Source: Macrostomum hystrix (Eukaryota; Animalia; Platyhelminthes). Taken from it: a stretch of DNA of 64,000 nt. Location of the stretch: assembly GCA_950097015.1 (NCBI GenBank), contig CATNEN010000038.1, positions 29,202,001 to 29,266,000 on the forward strand, given 5' to 3'. Shown piece after piece: positions 52,090 through 63,784 of this stretch (position 1 is the first letter of the stretch; each line of letters begins with the position of its first letter). A model generated the notes under the pieces. The model was not told the origin of the DNA, searched no databases, and saw nothing but the letters and a program-made list of their open reading frames with translations. The position numbers were made by a program, and so were the translations under genes.

Positions 52090-53439
52090 TTAGTGAATCA
52101 AGTCACGTGAGCTGCGCTTCTTTGACTTGGCAGCCAAATCCCGAAAGAATTGATTCAACGAAGCGCGAACGACTTTCCAGCTGTAGTCGCCGAACCAGGA
52201 GTCCAAACAGTCCTTGAGCTCGTTGACCATGTCACTGGTCATTGCAGTGCGATCAGACTTGCCCTTAGGTTCAATGATCGAAGAGCAGCAAAACTCTTCT
52301 CCAAACATTCGGAGGACTAACTGTCTGGCAAAAATGGTGGGCACACTGGCCAGCTGCGAAAGTCGGAAGCTTCGTCCATCCGATCCCTGGATCGTACGAT
52401 CCTCACGATTTTCCTTTTCACGTGGAGCAAGAAGTTCGCGAAGCATTTTTACCTCCTCGTCCTGCTTATTTTCAATCCGCTTTAGCAGTCTGGTCTGAAG
52501 GCGTAGCTCCAAGAGTATTAGTTGGCTGCTATTAACCTTGATGCCGTCGGAGCCCGAACTTGATGTTGCCGCACTGCTCCCTCTTAGGGCCTCTGAAGAT
52601 AGATGCTGGCTCGCATTGCCTCCTCTTGGAGGCCCTGAAGATGGATGCTGGCTCGCATTGCCTCCTCTTGGAGGCCCTGGAGATGGATGCTGGCTCGCAT
52701 TGCCTCCTCTTGGAGGCCCTGGAGATGGATGCTGGCTCGCATTGCCTCCTCTTGGAGGCCCTGGAGATGGATGCTGGCTCGCATTGCCTCCTCTTGGAGG
52801 CCCTGGAGATGGATGCTGGTTCGCACTGCTCGATTCCTGATTCCTGAATTGCACTTGCCCTGGTCTGACATCTTGGATTCTACGGGCTTGGTCTGAGCAT
52901 TGGCTGCTGGGTAAGTACGCCCGCTCCAAGTTTTTCTCCCTCCGGCGCTCAGCTGACACTCGAAATTGTTCACTCCTTGAGCTATGACCCATGGATGCAT
53001 CTTGATTCAAGGTCAAGGGACTGGATTGTGGCTCATAGTCTTCATCGTTGTCATCGTCAAGCTCTTCATCATCAGAGGAAGATTGAAAACTAGGAGCGTT
53101 AGAATCGGCAAGCTCTTTCAAGACGTCATCAGTTGTGTAGCCAGCAGCAGCCCATACCTCGACTTTGGACTGCATGGCTTCGACTTCCGAGTAGCCTCCT
53201 AACTTCAGAATCACTGACTCGTGAGGACCATCATGATCGCGCACTGTAATAGTCTGTAAATCACGGAGCTTTGATTTCTCTTGAGGTGTCATGTGGGAAA
53301 AGCATGGTGAGTTTATGTAGAGCGGCTCGCTGTAAGAGTTTGACTTTCGGTACCACACCATCAAGTGGTCGAATGAGAGAGAGGTCCCAAACCGACTAGC
53401 AGAAGGTCTAACAGAACGGCGAGTACGATCTGAGCTCAT
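52090..53439 (-). CDS. Transposon-encoded BEN-domain protein (449 aa, intact ORF)
   Basis: C-terminal FARQLVLRMFGEE...PKGKSDRTAM...WKVVRASLNQFFRD preceded by a coiled coil; paralogous to 47884-48938. Confidence 0.75.
   Translation of the reverse strand: MSSDRTRRSVRPSASRFGTSLSFDHLMVWYRKSNSYSEPLYINSPCFSHMTPQEKSKLRDLQTITVRDHDGPHESVILKLGGYSEVEAMQSKVEVWAAAGYTTDDVLKELADSNAPSFQSSSDDEELDDDNDEDYEPQSSPLTLNQDASMGHSSRSEQFRVSAERRREKNLERAYLPSSQCSDQARRIQDVRPGQVQFRNQESSSANQHPSPGPPRGGNASQHPSPGPPRGGNASQHPSPGPPRGGNASQHPSPGPPRGGNASQHPSSGPPRGGNASQHLSSEALRGSSAATSSSGSDGIKVNSSQLILLELRLQTRLLKRIENKQDEEVKMLRELLAPREKENREDRTIQGSDGRSFRLSQLASVPTIFARQLVLRMFGEEFCCSSIIEPKGKSDRTAMTSDMVNELKDCLDSWFGDYSWKVVRASLNQFFRDLAAKSKKRSSRDLIH
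52600..52830. repeat. 42-bp in-frame tandem repeat (SQHPSPGPPRGGNA x~5)
   Basis: Direct periodicity inside the BEN ORF. Confidence 0.95.
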
Positions 53440-53761
53440 GGTGATCTGAAAATTGTAGAAAAGTAACTAAGCTTACCTTGTTAAAGAAATGATTTCATTA
53501 ATTATTTTAAACTATAATTGCTTAAATTGCCAATGTTCAAAGCGTCCGAGTAAAAATTTCTGCCTGTTGCTGACAGGGAGCTGCGAAGACCATGAGTTAG
53601 CGAAGCGGCTGAAGAGTAGACAATATAAATTAGAGCCATAGACCTGCTAGTGTTAATCAAATATACCAGACAGTATTAAAAGCAGAAAAGGGACCCTTCG
53701 CCCTTGCTGTCAAAATAAAAAATAGAACGAAAAGAGAGACTACACACTCGATAAGGCGAAA

Positions 53762-56010
53762 CTATCCATACTCAGGAACTACACTGTCGACTGAAAAAAG
53801 CAAAACAGCATCATCATTTTGTAGATTATGGTAAACAACGCAAGCATACAAAATGTCTGAAGCTCTAAAGCTGCAAATGCGCCCAGTTGGTCTTCCGAAG
53901 AAAAACATTTGACGGACAAAAAATGAAACTGCATTTGAAACAGAATCATCAGGACTGTGTAATGCAAAAAACTGGTCCATCACACGCTCGTACATCAGAA
54001 CTCGAGCCCGAATTTGAGTACCAGCGATAAACGAAACGACTTTTCCAAAAGAGCCATTCGAAAAATAATAAAAGCTCGATTCAACAGAGGAATGGCGATC
54101 GGCGAAAATGCGTCTTGAACCGATGGAAATACAATTTGTGGAGTGAAAAACAACTTCTTTTTCGTCATTACATGAATTAAAACCCAGGGTTCGAAGAACT
54201 TTTTGCTTATTTGGAAAGTCAGCGCGCTCGAGGCAAAACAATGCAGCCTTAATAAGCAAAAAATTTTTCACAGGTTTGGTTCAAATAGGACTGCGTGCCG
54301 CGACAAAACTTTTTTAAAGTTACAAATTTATTCTCGAAAGAGAACATTGAGTACCGAGCCATTGGTCCGAACTTTTTAACCTGTGGAGGAACGTGAAGTA
54401 ACAAATGAAAATTTAAACTGTAAATATTCTCACCCAAGATACCACCAATTCGAGTAATAAAAAGCTGTATGACAGACATTAGCATCTCCGAATACTCAGA
54501 GGCCTCAACAGAGTTAGATGCACGGCAAATTAAACAGAATAGCAAAATGGCATCGGCGAGCTGATGATTTCCCTATTGACTAAGAAGCAAAAAAGAGCAG
54601 GAAAAAAATGAATGGCTATAAACTTAAAGTCTCTTGCCTTCCAACAAGCGCGCTCAGAAACAGACAATGGCTTTGACAAGTAGTTTGGAAGCCTGGAATT
54701 ACAGAGCTGCACATTAATAAGACGGTAACTTCTACCAAGATAGTATTGCTTTTTCTGCCAGTGCTGAGAATCAAAAAGGTATTTCAGAAGTGTTGCCGTA
54801 CAATTTTCGTATAACAGATGGAGAGAGTCCAATAGTACACAGTCTGGAATTTTCGCATAATCGTGAAGTACAGACTTCCCTTTCACGCCAAAAAGAGATT
54901 TACAGTCCGAACGAATAACAACATTTACTCGGCGATCAAACTTCGAAGCACTTACGTGCTCACCTAAGCTAGGAAATTTTCTGGCATGGCCCCGACCAAC
55001 TTTTACAACTTCGCCTGGAGCATCGCAAAAAAGGCAGCCGAATTCGCCATTAAATTGAGTGTGTTCTAAAATGCTAGCCATAGCAGGCAGATCAAACACA
55101 AGAGAAAAAATTTCCAACTGAACAGGGATTAATTCCCCATTGATACAAAAAGTGTGTGTTCGAAAAAACCTACTTCAGCAAGGTAGGAATCCAGAAATAG
55201 AGACCAATTTGGGAGATTCAAAATTTGGGCATGGACAGGCCAGATCGTCTGAGCTGTGAAGGAAAAAAATTTGGCACCGTCAGTTGACAAATGAAGATAC
55301 AGTTTCAAGGGTCGAGTGCTTAAGTCGAGGTCTTTAAGAACATCAGACTTAATTAGGTCACTATTCGCATATGAAATAATGGTTTGCAGATGTTGCTCAA
55401 GAACAAAATTCAATTGAAAAAATAAGTTCAGCTTGGCTATTTTGATGGTCGGTAAATCGCAACATTTTCTAAGAGGAGTAGGCTTGTGACACTGTGAATT
55501 TGAGCAGACTTCTATGCACGAAAAAAACCTTCTGACAGGAAAAACGCGTCGAACTGAGGTCTTGATTCGCGAAATCGTAAGAGGAATAGTAACGATGTTC
55601 AAAAGCGTCAGAAGCTGAAGAATCGTACCAAGTGTGGACTCAGGCACACCATGGGTCATAGAAACAAAAAGTATTGCCATTGTAACAACTTCCTTGCATG
55701 AAGCAAGGTCAACACATGAAAAATAGTCAATTACAGAGCCCGAATTTTGACCAGATTGCATCATATTACTAAAACAAGATGCAGAATTACTAGTTTCATT
55801 AAAACATGGGCTTCCTGCAGGAGGTGCCACCAACAGACCAGTGTCTTGGTTGGTTGGGTCAACAGCAGCCTCTTGTGGAATACATGCTCCAGCTCCAGCA
55901 GCAGCAGCAGACATAGACAGATTTGAATCGAAGTCATCCAAAACAATAAATGATGAAATTGCATCCAAGTAGTCATCATGTTCATCATTGTCAGTGGTCT
56001 CATCAGACAT
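53762..56010 (-). pseudogene. EnSpm/CACTA-type transposase broken into 4 ORF pieces
   Basis: STDG...WPV...ILNLP; DLPA...QFNGEFGCLFC; DSLHLL; WKARD; NFHLLLH...FGP...SMFSFEN. Confidence 0.88.
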
Positions 56011-58899
56011 AGTTTTTAGTAGGACAAAGCTGAAATGTTTGAGTAATTAATTGAATATTCATACTTTGAAAATTCCAATGTAAACAGAAAGACATTTGCA
56101 AATTACATTGTTCAAGTAGCTAACTTTAAAACTTTAATAACTAACTTTAACTTAAAAAATAGAAGTTTAGCTTTAACTAAAATATACTTATAGAAAAGAT
56201 TTAAGATTTATATAATATAGAATATAATTTCTTTAAACTTAGTGATTGCAAAAGGTAGTTATTTGATTGCCTAGTCTCTGAAAAGTTTATATGCTAAATA
56301 AAAAATGTTATATCTATTGGCAAAGGCAAACAATAAAACATGCTTCTAATTTAGAATATGAACTCTCTAAATAAATTCTAGGCTAGGCAATCACAGAACT
56401 GCATCTATATATATTATGATCATTGAAAGTGACAACTAAGGATTTGCTTCTAGTATAAATAAATATATATATATATATTAGTCAGCCAGATTGAAAAGTT
56501 GTAACCTTTTGCACCAGTGAGCAACTTCTTCTAGATCTCACTTCAATGACAACTCATATACCATGCCATGAGACTTATTATATAATCATCATACTGAGGA
56601 GTATGGCTACCCCACCTATACTCTTGCCCTTAAACCACCACTAAGTCAGATAGAGAAGGTAGCTAGCAGAGTTAAGTGTCCCCTGACAGTCCATAGCAAT
56701 CATTGATCTGCCCTGGCAATTGTGCCATAGAGATGGCTATGCTGACCTCAACTTATGAGCACCATACTACCTGCCTCCCTATTGGAATAAGTTGCAAAAA
56801 CCTATGGACACATCTCATAGACAGCATTCGAAGACTTTACCTATATTCTTAGTATGACAACTGTTCAATATGGCTAAATATATATACACCATGTCCAAAA
56901 AACAAAACTCTAGAGCAAAAAGGTATATTGCAATCAAATATATAGGCCCATAAATAAAAGTTATAACATTATAGCAATAAGGCAACATGCAGTTCTATGA
57001 AGTGTCTACCATATTCTATGCACTTTTTGAAGTCTATATAAGAAGTACCTATAAACTGCTTGCAAAGTGCTACAGAAGTCCAAAAGTACACTGATGAATG
57101 TTCATTGCCTTCTTTGTCTACCAAACCTCTAAGTTAAGTCTCTTATCCAAACATATATTTAGCTAATTAGGCACTATATTTTAGGACTCCTCACTTACTA
57201 CCTCCTTATAAATGATCCAACTTTACCCTGGCTCCACTCTATCTCATGATATTTTCATGGCAACAATATTTTTTTAGACATGATATATATTAAAAAGTAA
57301 CTATATATTAGTATTTCGCTATCATGGACAATTACAATTATAGCAAATGACAAGAGTGACACTTTTGTAGCCATATGTTTATTATGGTTATAGTTATGGC
57401 AATATTGTATACTTATTGCATTGATAAAAACACTTGTCCCAACTTCTAACAAAGTAAATTCAATCCAAAAGAAGAGAGTAGGCCCTAATTGAGACGACAT
57501 ACGCTGTCGAAACAAAGGCAAGAGCCAAGAATATAGAGCAGCGGCTAATTCAAAATGTTTACTGCTTTTGAACTTCAGCTTTTGGAGTGGTCTATTGCTT
57601 AATCAAAGCTGTTAAAACAAACTTTGCGTATAAAGCGAAATCAACAAATTCAACTGAATCATCAGAAGCAAATCCTTTGAATTATATTATTTTAAATCTG
57701 AATTTCTCTAGCAAATGTATTCAAGAGTTTAGGTGGTAATGTACATTTCACGTCAATGCACTTTTTCTCGTTTCGAACATCAGTGAAGTCAAGAAAAGCT
57801 ATTTTACTTATCTAGCATTCTGACTAAAGTGATGTCATTTTATGTAAGTTTGCAGTGATCTAGAGCCTGCAGACACTCCTTTAAACCGTATGACAAAACA
57901 TTGCAGAAATTGCAATTCTGATTAAGTGAACGAAACAAAATTGAAATTAAATTGAGCAAGAAAAGTGAAGGAATTGCACTTTTTAAAAGAAAATTGCACT
58001 TTCTGCACCTTCTGCAATATTCTTGCAATTTTGCACAATTTTTAGCCAATTTGCTCGCTTAGTGTAAGCCGCTTGAAGAACAGAAACTGAAATGTGTGGA
58101 ATGAATTCGAATGGTAGACTAGAAATTGAATTAATAAACTACAAGACATTACACATTAATAGTCATGTCTTGTAATGTGTTATATTCTCTCATAAAATAC
58201 ATGCGGCAGTTAAGCGGCATCCAGTCGCTTTTGTAAATCGTGCAATGATAAAAATCATACAAAATACTAGCACTCACTGCATCATTTAAGCAGCCTCGAT
58301 CACTTGTTAGTCGTGTGGCCCACTCAGTCAGTTTATCGACTTCGGTAAATGGCAGATCTTGAAGTATAGGCCTGTCGGTTGGCTGTTGGCCGTGCTGGGC
58401 ATTGCTGGAGTTTGCACCTGTACTACGAGACGAAGAGTTCTGCAGAGCAAGAAACTGCAGGTGAAAGTCTTTCACCTCTGTAGCCAGGCCACAAATCGCA
58501 CCATGCATCGCGCGCTGGGTTGCTAAAATGAAGAAAATTATCGAGAAGATGTATCAGCCAGTCAGGGATAATAGTCAGTTAGTGACTCAAATAGATTATT
58601 CTCTATACAAACCAGATGAACCTCCGAAACGTTAAGTACAAATTAAAAAGTGTAAATCGCAGCAAAACTCAGAATCATGCGGAGCTGAATGTTTAATAGT
58701 GCATTACGCCATTTTAATTTAAATCGTAACTTTACTTAATTCTGGAAATGAAGAGCTCGGATTAGAACTTCTAAATTTTCTTATATCAGCGCCTCAGTAG
58801 CGAAAGAAATTTTTTTAGCTGGCTTACTTTCAATCCGCCGCACGGCTGTCACTAGAAAGTCCAATATGTCTGCACGGCTCGCGTCGTAAACGCCAATCG

Positions 58900-59550
58900 C
58901 AGAGGCCGCGGCAGCTGCAGCAGAAGCAGGATGGTGCTGGATTCCATGCCCCATCGGAGAGGCCGCGGCAGCTGCAGCAGAAGCAGGATGGTGCTGGATT
59001 CCATGCCCCATCGGAGAGGCCGCGGCAGATGCAGCAGAAGCAGGATGGTGCTGGATTCCATGCCCCATCGGAGAGGCCGCGGCAGCTGCAGCAGAAGCAG
59101 GATGGTGCTGGATTCCATGCCCCATCGGAGAGGCCGCGGCAGATGCAGCAGAAGCAGGATGGTGCTGGATTCCATGCCCCATCGGAGAGGCCGCGGCAGC
59201 TGCAGCAGAAGCAGGATGGTGCTGGATTCCATGCCCCATCGGAGAGGCCGCGGCAGATGCAGCAGAAGCAGGATGGTGCTGGATTCCATGCCCCATCGGA
59301 GAGGCCGCGGCAGCTGCAGCAGAAGCAGGATGGTGCTGGATTCCATGCCCCATCGGAGAGGCCGCGGCAGATGCAGCAGAAGCAGGATGGTGCTGGATTC
59401 CATGCCCCATCGGAGAGGCCGCGGCAGCTGCAGCAGAAGCAGGATGGTGCTGGATTCCATGCCCCATCGGAGAGGCCGCGGCAGATGCAGCAGAAGCAGG
59501 ATGGTGCTGGATTCCATGCCCCATCGGAGAGGCCGCGGCAGCTGCAGCTA
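58900..59550. repeat. 57-bp in-frame tandem repeat x11 with alternating variants
   Basis: SPMGHGIQHHPASAA(S/A)AAA units. Confidence 0.95.
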
Positions 59551-60939
59551 AATTGGTGCTGGTGCTGAAGCTGCCACAAGAAGACTGTGAAAACGGGCTC
59601 AGACTCGATGTAGTAGCATGAACTGCGCTTGCCAAGATGGCTTCATGTTGGATGGAAGCCAAATTCGAACTGCTGCTTATTGTCAAAGGTGGCCTCGTGC
59701 CATCAGGTTGAAACTTTGGTGGCGCTGACGACTGTCCAGCACTCCGGCTGTTACCCAGTGTAGAGGATTTGCTCTTTGTCGTTCTCTTTCGGCCGGTTTT
59801 TCGAGTCTCAATGTCGAAATTCTCATTGTAATAGTGGTCGACAAATTGAATTCTTCGTGGAGCATCTATATCAGTAGAATCAACTTCTTCCCGACTCTCG
59901 TACCGCTTCCGCAGGTTGACAGCAGCGGGAAATTGATCTGCATGAAGGGGAATAGACACATGTACATGTACACTATATAAAATTACATCCTTTATTATTA
60001 GCTATGAAAATTCGCTTTCACGTGGGACTTAGTCATCCCACATCTAATTAAACAAGAAAAAATATCAACCCCCCGATGTAGATAATAGGAGCCACATTGA
60101 AGTACTTTTTTCTAATGTATACAAGAAAATAGTACAATAATTGCACTTAAGACTGGCTTCATATGTAATCATAGGCATATCATATATAATCTACCTATTT
60201 GAAAATAATTCTGCATTAGCACATAAACTCACCTCTCGATCCAATGATGTCGACTTTGTAAGGCAACCAACTATCGTCTGGGACTGACTTCGACTGGTTT
60301 GTCAAGCAAGCCTTGAACTTTTTCAGGGGAGGGCACAAGACGCTGTCGCTGCCCTGAAGCCAGGAACGACGAACGATTTCAATTTCTTCAGTTTCATTGA
60401 AGCGAACAACAACAAATGCATTCAGGTCGTTTAGACTCATTCATAGACTTGGCCCGAATATGCTGAAATAAAAGTTGGAGGGAAACAAAGCAAAGTTAGA
60501 AAAGCTATCGGATCGGAACACATTTTCCTTTATTATTTTATAGTACTATGGGTGAAAACGCAACGCATATATTTCAGAAGCCTACCTTCACTAAAAATCT
60601 GTTAACAAACAGCAAAACCATTTTGCGAAGCAAAGAAAACCATCTAAAAAGGGACTGTCATATATTTCGCATGTCTATGCCTAATCATGTCTAGGTCTAT
60701 ATGCGATTGTTGGAAAGAATTTAATATGAAAGCATGAAATTAGTGACAGCGTGAAATGATAGTATGTTCTTCCCACAAACATTTATATTTTCTAATATTA
60801 CCTGCTTACTCAGTGGGAGTGGCTAAAAATGAAACCAACATTTGCTGAATGAGAAAGCAGCTAGCTAGAAGAAGTCAGACAGAGAGTTCATTCAGTTGCT
60901 TCCAAACATTTGCAGAGAAATGCTTGATGTGCGTAGAAG

Positions 60940-61662
60940 CTACGCACAGTCGACCAATGTATGTAAAATAGGGAGAATGCAGGAACGATTTTTGAGACTT
61001 ACAAGCATCGCTTTACCATAGAAATCAGTCCATCGTACAGTTACGAGTGAGTTGCTTAAAGTATTGACAACGGAAATGTGCAGAGACATTGAGTCGAAAG
61101 TTTCGTCGTAGAGGGCGGTTTGCTGAATAAATTTCTTGCCAACGAAAATACAACCGACATGAGTAGAAATTATATGAGTGACTACAACTGCAAATCCATC
61201 TCGAGTTAAAATATAGCAGTCTGGATTAGCAACAGATATATACGTTCCACGCAATACAAGACTAACTTTACGGTAAATACCAAATGTCTGAACTCCTTGC
61301 AATGAGAAGTCTACATTCGAAGATGCAATTGGACCGGAATATTCAAAAGGCGACTGAATAGAACACATGTGCTTAGGAAAAAAACCGAGAGTCACATCTC
61401 TCTCCAGAATTCGCTTCACAGTCTGCTCGAGAGCAAAACGTGGACTGCGAACAAACTGGGTAATAAAGCGGATAAAATTTTCGCCCCAACAGCAACTAAA
61501 ACTATCCAACGGACCACGTCGACGAACTTCTGAAGGAATATGAATTATTGAATGCACAGTGTACACGATAAACTCGTCACCCCAAATAATTGCACATTCA
61601 TTAACAATGTGCTTTGCCAAATCTTCGGCATAAGAGCAGTACGTTTGACAAACCAAAGGATG
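60940..61662 (-). pseudogene. C-terminal third of the outer CMC transposase; its acidic N-terminal part lies at 63785->64000
   Basis: WGDEFIVYTVHSIIH...GPLDSFSCCWGENF...VRSPRFALEQ. Confidence 0.8.
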
Positions 61663-63784
61663 CGCTTCCTCCGCTTCATCCGCTTCCTTGATGTAGCTCA
61701 TTCTTACTCCGTCCTTTCCCGGGGCTGAGTCTTTCACTTCTTTCATTGCTTGCTTAATTTCTTCCGCCGTTGGCATCTTGTTCAGCTTGCTGTTTTCTTC
61801 CTTTGCTTTCCGTGTTCCACTGATGTCCTCCATTTCATTTACAATTCTGATGATGTCTTCAGGTGCTCCTTCATATCTCTCCTCCGATACTTTGGCAAAA
61901 TGTTCTCTGAATTCCTCCGTTGTGATTGTGGTTCCGGTGTGTGGTCGGCTCGTTCGTTGTCCTAATCTTCTCAGAGCCTGGTACATCATTCTGAGGTCTC
62001 CTTTTTCACTCGCTTCTTTGCTCTCTGTGATGATGCTTTCCCACCATGCTTCTTCAATTTCCTTCAGTCTCCTCTTCATCTCCTTGCGTTCTTCCTTCAG
62101 ATTTTCTTTGATGGTTTTTGCCTCACGTTCCAGGGCCCTTCTTGCTCTGATGTTCTCCTCTCTGCTGATTCTTTCCGAGATTTTGTTTCTTTCCTCGATC
62201 CGTTGGTTGATTCGTTGATGATGTATCCTCATTTCTTCTTCGTGTCCTATCATCCAAGGGCTTTTTGTCGTTGCTTTCTTCGTTCCACAGGTCTCTGTCG
62301 CGGCTTCTATCAAGATGTTCGATGTAGCCTGCCATGTTTCGTCTTGTTCCAGGTCTTTTTTCTTATTTTGTAGGTTTTGTACTTTTTCTTTTGTGTTTTC
62401 GCGATATATCCGTTTTATCTCCTCGTTCCTCAGGTTTTCCCAAGCGATTTGGGGTGGTCTGTTCTCTTTTCTGTTCCTCCATTTCTTCTTCGGTGACTTC
62501 AATGTCAGTGTGATGGGTTTGTGGTCCGAGAGTACCAGCTCGTTTGTCGTTCGAATTCTCCTCACTAGTCTGTGTCTGTCACATTTCCTCATCATAAAAC
62601 CGTCCAACTCGTACCAGCTTCCTGTGATCCTGTTGATCCACGTGCCTCTCTTTTTGTGTGGTGAGAAACTGTTTACGAGTTGGAGTTCGTGCGCGATGCA
62701 CCATTCGATGAGATCTTCTCCTGCCGCGTTTGTCCTGGTCTCTAATCCGTGCATGCCTGTGGCTGCGGTTCCAGTTTGCCTTCCGATGTGGGCGTTGTGG
62801 TCTCCGCCGATGATTAGCGTGTGGTCTTTAGGACAGTTTGCCATTTCTCTCTCCAGCTCCTCTCTGTACATTTCTCTCTGTGCAGGGCCGTAGTCCCATA
62901 GTGGCTGGTATACCGAGATCAAGAAGTAGTTTCTCAGTTTGATTGTTGTGACTCTCTCTCCGAGAGACATCCTCTGTTTGCCTTCTATCCATGCCTGTAG
63001 TGCTCTTCCTCTCAGGATGATGCCCGATCGCTTCGAGTGGATCATGACTGTTTGCTTGCTTCCTTCGCCAAGCCAGATGACTCCAACTTCCTCCGCTCTG
63101 ACTTCCGAGACTAGGACTATCTCCCAGCCTTTCTCCTCGATGTAACCACATGTTCTTCTCAGTCGGTTTCTGTTGCACTCTCTCGTCGATATTCCTTGTA
63201 GGTTCCAGGTTGTAATGTTAATTTGGTTGTCGTCTTTTTTTGTTCTTTTTGTTCTTGTTTCCTTTCATTCGTCTTGACTGTCGGTCTTTTCTCCTTCCTT
63301 CTTGCGTATCGTCTCTCACATCTCTGTCTCTTCGCATCCTGGCTTCTTCCGTTTCTTCTAGCTCTTCTTGTTTTTGCCTTCCTGGTCCTATCTGGTGAGG
63401 CTCCTTCTGATGTTCCCTCTTCTTCAGTTGTCGGACCCGGGTTCGGATGGATGGTCTCTAACTGTCTTCTAATTTCTTCCTTGACTTGTCTTTTGGTTCG
63501 TCTGAACTGCTTTGTCAGCTTCCCTCGCGCGATCTGTTCGATCCTCGCCCTGTTCGGGCCATCGGAGGCCCTCGCCTGTTGCTTGTTTTTAGAGTTGCTC
63601 GGGTCGGCTAGTCCCGAGCCGCTCTGTTGTCCGGGGGGAGGTGACGGGTGCGGTCCGGACGGGTCGCACCCCGTTCCTATTCCCCCGGCCTTGTGGCTCC
63701 TCTTTGCCGCACAGACTTGGGTGTTTCCACCTCGGACGTGCGTTCCCACTTGCACCTCGGGGAGGTCGTGAGCCACGAGCAAGC
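61663..63784 (-). mobile_element. APE-type LINE (RTE/Ingi-like), 5'-complete and 3'-deleted at the start of RT; two frameshifts near 63235 and 63055
   Basis: ITTWNLQG, VSE, ISVYQP, GGDHNAHIG, ELDGF, SDHKPI (APE); SAPGKDG (RT domain 0) then an abrupt switch to transposase sequence. Confidence 0.88.
63693..63784 (-). ncRNA. HDV-like self-cleaving ribozyme candidate at the LINE 5' end
   Basis: P1 GCUUGC/GCAAGU, P3 ACC/GGU with L3 UCCCCGA, P1.1 GG, P4 CGCAC/GUGCG, J4/2 GCAAA, P2 GUGGCUC/GAGCCAC; 3-nt mismatch at the P2/P3 junction. Confidence 0.7.

Larger units (their letters stand above)
50895..58064 (-). mobile_element. 7.2-kb CACTA/EnSpm (CMC) DNA transposon with both termini intact
   Basis: TA|CACTAAGCAGCAAA...TTTGCTCGCTTAGTG|TA; TTGCAA-rich subterminal repeats; contains transposase and BEN genes. 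Confidence 0.9.
50245..60440 (-). pseudogene. DUF4806-like accessory gene of the outer CMC element, split by the 50895-58064 insertion; exons ~60440..60233, 59937..58828, 58522..58278, ~58087..58065+50892..50743, 50586..50245
   Basis: N-terminal FVVVRF..EEIEIVRRSWL...PDDSW domain; DLPFTEVDKL; the rejoined exon reads RLTSKTLMKSVANILYHIMDDKLAHQFSLRG; final exon IESAVGEHLRHS. Confidence 0.7.

Noticed and set aside
62315-63771. Plus-strand ORFs opposite the LINE and CACTA genes
   Set aside because: Antisense shadows of purine-rich coding strands with no recognisable motifs
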